A DNA stretch of 64,000 nt, from NCBI GenBank assembly GCA_963806225.1, contig CAWDXG010000004.1:2496001-2560000 (forward strand), written 5' to 3'. Positions within the stretch are counted from its first letter, which is position 1. Each line of letters begins with the position of its first letter. This document shows positions 50,466 through 59,015 of the stretch, piece by piece. The position numbers and the translations under genes are program-made. Source of the DNA: an uncultured delta proteobacterium. GTDB taxonomy: Bacteria; Myxococcota_A; Polyangia; Polyangiales; Polyangiaceae. Under the pieces are notes generated by a model. It made no database searches. It saw nothing but the letters and a program-made list of their open reading frames with translations, and was not told the origin of the DNA.

Positions 50466-51830
50466 TCACGGCAAGAACCAGCCGGTGGCCTTTTTGCCGC
50501 ACTCCTGGCCGTCGAGCCAGCTGATGGTCGCATGCGTGGAGCCGGCGTAGCCGGGCCAGCCGGAGGTGGAGACGGTGCCGTCGCCGTTGGAGATGACGAC
50601 GTGACCGAAGCCGCCGTTGCAGCTGTTGGCCTCCCAGAACAGGATTGCGCCGCAGGGCGCGTTCTCGCCGGCAGTGAGCTTGCCGGCAGCTTGAACCTGG
50701 TGCAACGCATCCTTGGCCGACGCCGCAGCGATGAGCGAGATATTCTTCCCCGCGTTCGAGTAGGCGTCGTACACGAACTTCAGACACCAGTCGCTCCACT
50801 GCGACGAGCAGCACGATAGCTGCGAGGCCTCCCACTGCAGCGCGGAGTTCGCCGTCGCGGTGCACGAATTCTTGCAGTAGTCAGGGCTACCCGAGGCCGC
50901 CGTCACGCAGCCGTTCGCGCAGTGCTGCTCGATGGTGAGCGTGCCGTTCTGGCAGTTGTAGAGCGTGTTGGCGTCGCCGTTCACGCCATCGCTGCCGCAG
51001 TACAGGCCGTTGCCGCCCGGACAGCTGCCGCCGCCGCTGCTGCCGCTGTAGCAGGTGTCCGCGGTGCCGGGCGGCGCGATCAGGCAGCCGTTCGAGCACA
51101 CCTGCTTCACGGTGACAGTGCCGTTCTGGCAGTTGTAGAGCGTGTTCGAGTCGAGCCCGAGCCCGTCGTCGCCGCAATAGGCGCCGTTGCCGCCGCTCGG
51201 GCAGCTGCCGCACGAGTCGGGCGTGCCCGGCGCATTGGTTGTGCACGAACCGGGACAGACCTGGATGGCCGTGAGCGTGCCGCCCTTGCACTCGTACAGC
51301 GTGTTGGCATCGCCGTTGACGCCGTCGCCACCGCAGTACTTGCCGTCTCCATCCGGACAGCTTCCGCAGTGATCGACGATGCAGCTGCCGGAGCACTTCT
51401 TCTTCACGGTCCAGCTGCCGTTATTGCAGGTGTACAGCGTGTCCAGATTGGGAGCAGCCGGGTTCTGCGCGCTGCCGCAGTAGTTTCCGTTGCCGCTCGG
51501 ACATGCAGGCGCGCCGCCAGAGCCGCTGCTGCCGCCGCTGCTGCTGCCACCGGTGGAGCTGCCGCCCGTGCCGGAGCCCGCGCTGCCGCCGCTGCTGCTA
51601 CCGCCCGTGGAGCTACCGCCCGTGGAGCTGCCGCCGGTCGCCGATCCTCCGCTGCCGCCCGCAGCGGTGCCGCCGGTGTTGTGGCCGCCGCCCCCGTCGG
51701 GCCAACCCGAAGTGCTCACCCCGCCCGAGCCGCCACCGGAGCCGCCAGAGCCGCCTTGTGACGACGGGCCTCGGCCCGCCGCGCAGGAAACAAGGAACAC
51801 CGCGAAAAGCCCGGACGCCAAAGCACGCAT
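50466..51830 (-). CDS. Cys-rich repeat lipoprotein with C-terminal CHAP/NlpC-P60-like domain
   Basis: LVSC lipobox; four CP.G.G.YCG....NTLY.C..G repeats; WCLKFV...GAILFW...GHVVIS. Confidence 0.8.
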   Translation of the reverse strand: MRALASGLFAVFLVSCAAGRGPSSQGGSGGSGGGSGGVSTSGWPDGGGGHNTGGTAAGGSGGSATGGSSTGGSSTGGSSSGGSAGSGTGGSSTGGSSSGGSSGSGGAPACPSGNGNYCGSAQNPAAPNLDTLYTCNNGSWTVKKKCSGSCIVDHCGSCPDGDGKYCGGDGVNGDANTLYECKGGTLTAIQVCPGSCTTNAPGTPDSCGSCPSGGNGAYCGDDGLGLDSNTLYNCQNGTVTVKQVCSNGCLIAPPGTADTCYSGSSGGGSCPGGNGLYCGSDGVNGDANTLYNCQNGTLTIEQHCANGCVTAASGSPDYCKNSCTATANSALQWEASQLSCCSSQWSDWCLKFVYDAYSNAGKNISLIAAASAKDALHQVQAAGKLTAGENAPCGAILFWEANSCNGGFGHVVISNGDGTVSTSGWPGYAGSTHATISWLDGQECGKKATGWFLP

Positions 51831-52984
51831 TGGTAGATCCTTCTATCCTTTCTCCGCCGAAGCGAAGGGAAAGAGAGCAAGACCCCCTTTCAAACCGTGC
51901 GTGCGGATTTCCCGCACACGGCTTACCGGTGGTCTGTCGGCGCGCAGCATTACGCGGCCTCCTGATTCCAGAAGGGCTGCTCCGGGTAGCGGACGGTGCC
52001 GCGCAGGCGGTAGAGGCCGAGGTTCTCGAAGTACTCGCGCGTCCAGCCTTCCGCCTCGCCAGCACGCAGGTGCCGCCCCTTGCGCTTGACGCGCAAGGCG
52101 CGGAGCCGGCCCACGACGTAGCGGTCGAGCTGGTTGAAGCGCGTCGCGGCATTTCCCGTGCGGAAGTAGTTGCCCCAGCCCCGCAAGACGGGGTTCAGGT
52201 CGGCAATGACATCGCGGATATCCGCGTGGCACCGTGACCTCGGAGTCAGCTGCTTCACGCGCTGCCGGATACGCTGGATCGCGCGCCGGCTCGGCCAGCG
52301 CTGGAGGAAGTAGAGGCGCTGCCCCTTCTTTTCCAGCAGTCGACCGCTCAAGCGCTTGTGCATGTGGCAGCCGAGGAAGTCGAAACCCTGCTTGCCATCG
52401 TAGAGCTCGACCCGCCTCGTCTTTTCCGGGTGCAGCTCGAGACCGAGACGCTTCAAGATGACCTTGATACGCGCTTCGGCCAGCTCGCAATCCTTCCTGG
52501 TGCGGCACACCACCACGAAGTCGTCCGCGTAGCGCACCAGCGTCCCGAGTGGGGCGCTGTGGCGTGTCCACATGACGTCGAGCACGTGCAGGTAGATATT
52601 CGACAGCAAGGGCGAGATGACCCCGCCCTGCGGTGTGCCCGCTGTCGTCTGCGAGACGACGCCGTCCTCCATCACGCCTGCTTCGAGCCACTGCCTCAGC
52701 AGCTTGAGCACCCTCCGGTCCGAGATGCGCCGAGCGACCATCGAGGCTGCAGGCTTCACTTCATGTTGCGGCCCGCGTGCTTGCTCCCCTCCAGACGGCA
52801 CAGGCCGTCTGGAGGGCTTTCGACGCCCCGCTCGGGCACGAAGGTCTCCCTCCGACACCTGGGGCCTGCTACCCGGCGCACCGACGCCTACCGGGGCGGG
52901 ACTTGCACCCGCTGGAGAAGCGCAGCGAGCGGCAGGCGCACTTCCCCCCGAAGGGTTCCGAACGTCCGTCGCGTCACGACGCAC
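51829..52984 (-). mobile_element. Group II intron, internally deleted
   Basis: 5' GTGCG at 52984; domain V AAGCCGTGTGCGGGAAATCCGCACGCACGGTTT; DVI hairpin ending CTACCAAT; RT remnant inside. Confidence 0.9.
51950..52741 (-). pseudogene. ltrA: N-terminally truncated group II intron reverse transcriptase/maturase (RT4-7 plus X domain)
   Basis: GTPQGGVISPLLSNIYLH, RYADDF, LHPEKT, FDFLG, LNPVLRGWGNYF; RT0-3 absent. Confidence 0.88.
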
Positions 52985-53023
52985 CATGCTTCGATTCTAT
53001 CGCACCCAACCCTTGCGCCCGAT

Positions 53024-53189
53024 GTAGGTGCGCCGGATTCGTCGGGCGGAGCGGGGGGACCCTCGGGGGGGCGGAGGGCGGCGGGTGCTGGGGCGACGGG
53101 CTGGGACGGCCGCCCGGAGCCCACCCGTGAGGGACCCCGCCGCGCGCAGCGAAGCGAGCACGGCGGGCCTGGCAGGGCCGTGCACCGAC
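53024..53189. repeat. REP/MITE-like GC-rich element with imperfect terminal inverted repeats
   Basis: GTAGGTGCGC ... GTGCACCGAC ends; internal hairpin cccgccg.gc.cagcgaagcgagcacggcggg. Confidence 0.4.
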
Positions 53190-53247
53190 TGGGGAGCACC
53201 CAGGAATGCCCATATTTCCCAACAATTTCGTGCTGGATCGCATTTTC

Positions 53248-53271
53248 TTGCATAATGCATGCATTATGCAA
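53248..53271. promoter_or_regulatory. Perfect 24-bp AT-rich palindrome (putative operator)
   Basis: TTGCATAATGCATGCATTATGCAA, 11 nt before ATG 53283. Confidence 0.75.
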
Positions 53272-53282
53272 ATGTGCTGCAA

Positions 53283-55898
53283 ATGGGCTGGCTGCGCGAC
53301 CTGATGGGGGCGGTCCAGCCGCCGATCCGGAGCTTCGGCGCGCTGGCCCGAGCGGCTCTAGCGAGCCCGGACTGGCCGGCCGACACCCGGGTCCAGCCAC
53401 GCTCGCTGGCCGCGATCTTCAGCAAGCTGGATCACGACCAGGAGCTCGCCTGGCTGGAGGACCGCGCCGCGGTGCAGCAGGTGCTCGCGGAGCGGCTGGG
53501 CTGCGCGCTCGCGGATCTGAAACAGGCGTCGACGGGCGCGCCCGCCGCGGCCGAAACCAGCACGCGCCGCGTGCGGCTCGATGACGCCCCGTACGCGCGC
53601 GCGCTCGATCTCGTCGACGAACCGCTGCCCCCTGGTTTCCCTCAGGAAATCACGCGCCCTTCGAGCTGGGATCGTCTGTGGTGGCACGCGCCGAAGGGAT
53701 CGGGGCGCAGCCTGGCCGGGCGCTGGCTGCAGGCGCGGGGCCTTTCGGCTTTCGTCCAGGCGTCGAGCTTCCACGAGGTGAACCTGCCGCTGCGCGGCCC
53801 GGTGTTCGTAGAGCTTTCCGCGATGGATGGCAAGGCGCCAGCATGGCGGGCGCCGGTGTGCGTGGCCGCTCCGTTCCTGCCGCCGGACTCGACGGCGTGG
53901 CACGTCGTCCAGTCGCCGCCGGTGGAGAGCTACATCGACGACCTGGCGGATTGGTTGACGGATCGACTGCCTCCGGACGGACGCTTCGAACCGGTGCACG
54001 CGGTTCAGTGGATCAGGAAGGGACCCCTCGCCTCGGATGTCGTGGACACGCTGGGGGCGGCGCTGGGCCTTCTGGGGCTGGTCGATCAGCTGGGCATGAA
54101 GGCGCTGGCGGGACGCGCGCTGCCGGAGCTCGCGCGACGCTACTTTCGCGATCGGGTGGCGCAGGCGTCGGAGAAGGGCAGCGCCGACGCGGCGTGGCTC
54201 AAGCGCGCGGGCTTCGACGTGCTGCTCGGCGTGATGCGCCGCGCGCTCACCGACTCGGAGGCGGCGTGGGACACGCCGCGCAGCTTCGACGCGTGGCTCG
54301 CTCTGGTTCCGCCCGAGCAGCGCCGCGGCGGCGACCTGGAATGGATGCGGCTGTCGCTGGCGGAAAGCGGCGCGCCGGTGCGACCGTCCGACATCGAGAA
54401 GGCGGCGCGGCTGGTGCCGCCGGGCGCGTACCGCATCGTCCGGGGGCTCTCGCGAGCGGGGCTGCTCGAACCGGCGGGCGACGACCGGCTAGCGCTGGGT
54501 CCGCGCTGGCTCGCGCGCGTGCTGCTGCTGGAAGCGCGGAAATCGCTGGTCGCGGCGTCGCCGTTCGAATGGGGCGAAGCGCTGCTGTCGCCGTATGCAG
54601 CAGCCGGGATCGCGCGGGCCCTGGAACGGCGTATCGAGAGCGAGCAGGCGCCCGTGGACGAGGTGCTGGAGCTCGAAGCGGACGACAATCCCGCGGTGGT
54701 GGCGGCGCTCGAAGCGCTTTTCCGCGGCGTGGGGCTGGCGCTGCTGGGCGGCGGGGAGCTGCCCGAGGAGCAGCTGGAGGCGCTGTGGGACGAGCAGATG
54801 CGGCTTGTCGTCGAGCTACCCGGCAGCTTGCCCGAGCCGCGCGTCGGGCCCACCCCGCGGGCGTTCGACGCGGGCAGCTGGTATCTCGCGGCGCTGGCGG
54901 TCAGCGAGCAGCTGCCGGAGGGCGGCGGGCGGAAGCAGGCGCTGCTCAGGCCGTGGAACGCGACCGAGCCGCCGCGCGGGCTGCGCGAGCTGTACGATCG
55001 CGTCGCGGCCGCGGCCGGCGGGAGCGTCGCGGCCGCGGCCGGCGGGAGCGTCGCGGCGTTCGCGCTGGTCGATCGGCTGCGGGGCGCGGTGGGCAGCGTG
55101 GCGCTCGACGGCGGCGGGCCGCACGCGCTGGAGCGTCCGGGGCTGGTGCTCGACGAGGTCGCGCACGGCGTGCTCGGCTGGGAAGCGCTGGTCGACGTGG
55201 CGGCCGACGGAGTGCCGGCGCTCGCGGAGCTGGCAGAGCGCCGCCACATGCCGTGGGCCGAGGTCGCGCGTGCCATGTGGAATGCGTGGCACGAGTCGGC
55301 GCAGCCGGCCGATGATTTTCCGGCGCTGCTAGCGCCGGAAGCACCACACGCGGCGCGCTTGTGGGCGCACCTGCCGGGGCCGCTCGTGGTGCCGCTGCTC
55401 GAGCCGCGCGGCGGCGCGTCGGTACGCTTGCCGTGGAGCGCGCTGGGCGAGGAGCAGTGGGCGGCGGTGGTGGAGGGATGGGCGGCACTGCGTGCGGATG
55501 CAGCTGGGGCGCGCGCCGCGTTCGGCGCGATCCCGGAACAGCACGCGATGCTCGCGGTGGATGCCGGCGTGCTGTCGGACAACGCGGCGGATCGCGCTCT
55601 GCTCTCGGCGCTATGGGAGCGCTTTGCAGAGCAGCTCGCCCTGCGGGTCGAGTCGCGGCGCTCGGCGGGCGGCGTGTCCGCGGCCCTGCCGCTTTTGTTC
55701 GGCGCGCCGCCTTCGCAGACAGAGCGCGCGGTCGAGCTGATGGGTCCGCCGGAGCGGCTGCTCGAGCTCGACGAGGCGGAGCTGGACGGCGTGCGGCGCT
55801 GGCTGCTCGATCGCGTGCATGCCCGGACTGCGGCCTGGCGCGACGCGTATGCGCTGCTCGGGGAGGTCGAACGCGGGCTGGCGCCCGTACGGTACTGA
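53283..55898 (+). CDS. Large hypothetical protein: HTH-like N-terminus, degenerate P-loop, helical C-terminus
   Basis: 871-aa ORF with GC-rich third positions; SFGALARA...RSLAAIFSKL...VLAERLGC; APKGSGRS. Confidence 0.75.
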   Translation: MGWLRDLMGAVQPPIRSFGALARAALASPDWPADTRVQPRSLAAIFSKLDHDQELAWLEDRAAVQQVLAERLGCALADLKQASTGAPAAAETSTRRVRLDDAPYARALDLVDEPLPPGFPQEITRPSSWDRLWWHAPKGSGRSLAGRWLQARGLSAFVQASSFHEVNLPLRGPVFVELSAMDGKAPAWRAPVCVAAPFLPPDSTAWHVVQSPPVESYIDDLADWLTDRLPPDGRFEPVHAVQWIRKGPLASDVVDTLGAALGLLGLVDQLGMKALAGRALPELARRYFRDRVAQASEKGSADAAWLKRAGFDVLLGVMRRALTDSEAAWDTPRSFDAWLALVPPEQRRGGDLEWMRLSLAESGAPVRPSDIEKAARLVPPGAYRIVRGLSRAGLLEPAGDDRLALGPRWLARVLLLEARKSLVAASPFEWGEALLSPYAAAGIARALERRIESEQAPVDEVLELEADDNPAVVAALEALFRGVGLALLGGGELPEEQLEALWDEQMRLVVELPGSLPEPRVGPTPRAFDAGSWYLAALAVSEQLPEGGGRKQALLRPWNATEPPRGLRELYDRVAAAAGGSVAAAAGGSVAAFALVDRLRGAVGSVALDGGGPHALERPGLVLDEVAHGVLGWEALVDVAADGVPALAELAERRHMPWAEVARAMWNAWHESAQPADDFPALLAPEAPHAARLWAHLPGPLVVPLLEPRGGASVRLPWSALGEEQWAAVVEGWAALRADAAGARAAFGAIPEQHAMLAVDAGVLSDNAADRALLSALWERFAEQLALRVESRRSAGGVSAALPLLFGAPPSQTERAVELMGPPERLLELDEAELDGVRRWLLDRVHARTAAWRDAYALLGEVERGLAPVRY
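55000..55057. repeat. In-frame 24-bp tandem duplication
   Basis: gcgtcgcggccgcggccggcggga x2 plus a partial copy (VAAAAGGS repeat). Confidence 0.85.
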
Positions 55899-55965
55899 CC
55901 CGTTCTGGGCAGAGCTCCAGGGTCACGGCTTCGAGCGGCCGGAGAAGTGCTAGCCTGCGCGGCGC

Positions 55966-56712
55966 ATGACGAATCGCTCGGTCGCAGCCAGCCTGGCGTT
56001 GTGGACCGCGGTGGTCAGCGCGGGGCTGATGCTCCTGGGGGTGTCGGCCATCCACGTCGGGCTGCTCCGGCCCATCCAGGGTTTCACCGCCTTCCTGGTG
56101 TCGTTGCTGGCGGCGCTGGTGGCGCTCGGCGTGGGTCTGCTGGGATTGTGGCGGACGCGCCGGAGCGCGGGTCGGAGCGGGCGCACGCGTGCCTGGGCCG
56201 GCGTGGTCTACGGCGCGGTGGTACTCGGGGCGATCGGCTTTCTGCTCGGCGCGGCGCGCGGGCTGCCGGCCATCAACGACATCACGACCGACACGACGCA
56301 TCCGCCCGTGTTCGTCGCCGCGAAGAAGCTCGCCAGCAACGTGGGTCACGACATGAGCTATCCGGCGTCGTTCGCGGCAATGCAGAAGAAGGCATACCCG
56401 TTCGTGCAGCCGCTCCATCTCGACGTGCCGCCGAGGGTCGCCTTCGACCGCGCCGAGGCGGCCATCCAGACGCTCGGCTTCCACACGGAGAGCTCGGATC
56501 CCGCAAAGGGCCGCATCGAGGCGACGGACACCTCGACGGTGTTCCAGTTCGTGGACGACATCGTGGTGCGCGTCACACAGGATGCCGGGGGCTCCGTCGT
56601 CGACATCCGCTCGCGCTCGCGCGACGGCAAGGGCGACCTCGGCGTCAACGCGGACCGGATCCGCAGGCTGGGCGCGCTGATCGAGAAACCCGCGGCGGAC
56701 GGCGAGCGCTGA
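55966..56712 (+). CDS. DUF1499 domain membrane protein
   Basis: 3 TM segments, then PAINDITTD..PP.F, IEATDTS..FQFVDDIVVRV, DIRSRSRDGKGDLGVNA.RI. Confidence 0.9.
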   Translation: MTNRSVAASLALWTAVVSAGLMLLGVSAIHVGLLRPIQGFTAFLVSLLAALVALGVGLLGLWRTRRSAGRSGRTRAWAGVVYGAVVLGAIGFLLGAARGLPAINDITTDTTHPPVFVAAKKLASNVGHDMSYPASFAAMQKKAYPFVQPLHLDVPPRVAFDRAEAAIQTLGFHTESSDPAKGRIEATDTSTVFQFVDDIVVRVTQDAGGSVVDIRSRSRDGKGDLGVNADRIRRLGALIEKPAADGER

Positions 56713-56764
56713 CACGCGCCGCGCGTGCAGCGCGTGCAGCGCGTCGCGCGGCGACGTGCGCGTG

Positions 56765-58372
56765 CTAGGCGGCCTCGTCCGTGGCGGGTTCGACCACCGC
56801 GACGGCTTCGCTGGGCGCGTCGTCGGCGTGGTAGTCGCCGGGCGAGGTCTCGTCCTGGCCGCGCGCGACGCCGAACAGATGAAGCGCCCAGGTGACGAGC
56901 AGCGCGACGACGAGGTTCACAATCACGCCCCACAGCGCGGCGTAGCCGGGCACGGTGAGCGAGCCGAGGTGTAGCGGCGAAGATGGTCGACTTGAAGCCG
57001 CGGGTCGATGCCATCCAGGTCCCGATGCCCATGCCCGCGGCCCAGCCCGCGACCAGGCCCCAGCGGTGCAGCTTGCTGGTGTACAGGCCCAGGATGACCG
57101 AGGGGAACGTCTGCAGGATCCACACGCCGCCGAGCAGCTGCAGCGTGATGGCGTACTTCTGGTCGGCAGGAAGATGATGAAGGCGAGCGCGCCGAACTTG
57201 ACCACCAGGCTGACGAGCTTGGCCGTGCGCCGCTTCCTGCTTGTCGGTGCAGTCGGGCCGGAGGTACTCCCTGTAGATGTTGCGCGTGAACAGGTTCGCC
57301 GCGGCAATGCTCATGATCGCGGCGGGCACCAGCGCGCCGATGGCGATGGCGGCGAAGGCGAAGCCGGCGAACCACGGACGGGAAGGCGTACAGGAACAGC
57401 GCGGGCACGGCGTAGTCGGCGTGGTACTGTTTGAAGCCGGCGGCGAACTGCGGCATGTCGGCGACGCCCGACGCGAGGGCCATGTAGCCGAGCAGCGCGA
57501 TCAGGCCGAGCAGAAACGAGTAGGCCGGCAGCATCGCGGTGTTGCGCTTGATGACGTCGCGGCGGCTCGAGCTGAGCACGCCGGTCACCGAGTGCGGATA
57601 CAGGAACAGCGCCAGCGCGGAGCCGAAGGCGAGCGTGGCGAAGGCGCTGTACATGCCGAGATTGCCGCCGCTTGGGCGCGGGCAGGATCAGCTTCTTCGC
57701 CGGCACCGCCGCGAAGATGTGGCGCGTAGCCGCCGAGCTTGGCCGGGATCGACGATCACCGCCGCGATCACGGCGATGTAGATGATGAGATCCTTGACCA
57801 CGGCGATCATCGCCGGCGCGCGCAGGCCGCTCTTGTAGGTGTAGGCCGCCAGGATCGACGAAAGCGATGATGAGCGGCATGTCGGCCATGATGCCCTGGC
57901 CCTCGACGCCCATCGCCGCGATCACGACCTGGATGCCGACGAGCTGCAGCGCGATGTACGGCATGGTTGCCAGGATGCCGGTCAGCGCGACCACGAGCGC
58001 CAGCGTGGGGCTGTCGAAGCGACCGCGCACGAAATCCGAGGCAGTGATGTAGCCGTGGCGACGCGACACGCTCCACAGCCGCGGCATCACCACGAACACG
58101 AACGGGTACGCGATGATGGTGTACGGCATCGCGAAGAAGCCGAGCGCACCGGCGCCGAACACCAGCGCGGGTACCGCGATGAACGTGTACGCGGTGTACA
58201 GATCGCCACCGAGCAGGAACCAGGTGACGAGCGTCCCGAAGCGGCGTCCGCCGAGCCCCCACTCGTGCAGCTGGTCGAGATTGCCGGCGCGCCAGCGCGA
58301 GGCGACGAAGCCGAGCACGGTCACCAGCCCGAAGAGCAGAATGAAGACGATCAGCGCCGGCCAGTTGACCAT
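56765..58372 (-). CDS. Sodium:solute symporter (MctP-like monocarboxylate permease), multiple frameshifts
   Basis: EWGLGGRRFG, GGDLYTAYTFIAVP, PYIALQL.G, YPHSVTG, PAAIMSIAAANLFTRN, QLLGGVWILQT spread over several frames. Confidence 0.85.
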
Positions 58373-58375
58373 CGG

Positions 58376-58605
58376 CTACCGCGACTCCCGCGTAGCGAAG
58401 TAGACGACGGCGGTAATCAGCGCGCCGATGCCGATCCACAGGAACAGGTACCAGTAGAAGAACGGGAAGCCGCCCAGCTCGGGAGTCGAGCTTGTTGTAG
58501 AACGGCACCCACAAGCGTCGCGACGAACGGCACCAGGAGCAGCAGGTACCAGCCCCACTTCTCCTTCTTCGGCGCGTCGCTGTCCCCGGAAGGTTCCCTC
58601 TCCAC
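58376..58605 (-). CDS. DUF3311 small membrane protein (SSS partner), frameshifted
   Basis: LLLVPFVA.LWVPFYNK..PELGGFPFFYWYLFLW across frames. Confidence 0.75.
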
Positions 58606-58715
58606 GTCCCTTCGTCTCCGGCGCGGGACGATATCATCTTATGGAGGCGTGCGGGCCGTTTGCCGATGGGTGTAGTCTCGCTGCCGGATCTGGCGCCGCG
58701 CCCCGGAGGAAGTCG

Positions 58716-58985
58716 ATGGACTGGTACACCCAATCGTTCGTTGCCTGCGCTCCCTGGAGCTACGTCCTGATGTTCGGGCAGACCATGTTGATCGCGATGC
58801 TGATCGAGCGGACGCTCTTTCTGACGCTGAAGGCGCGCCTGAACGAGCGGGCGTTCATGGCGCAGATTCGCAAGCTGGTGGTTTCTGTTAACCGCGACCG
58901 CGCCGAGAAGCTCACGCAAGCCGCGGGCAACGTGCCCATCGCACGGGTCTGCAGAGCGGGGCTCCAGGCGCTCGAGCGCGGACGC
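58716..58985 (+). pseudogene. 5' fragment of a MotA/TolQ/ExbB proton-channel gene
   Basis: GGAGG SD; TM then IER..FL....N.RAFM.QI.KLV...N.DRA.KL.......PIARV..AGL; C-terminal TM pair missing. Confidence 0.65.
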
Positions 58986-59015
58986 GAGAGGCCAGCTGGA
59001 GCAGTCTCCGTCCGG

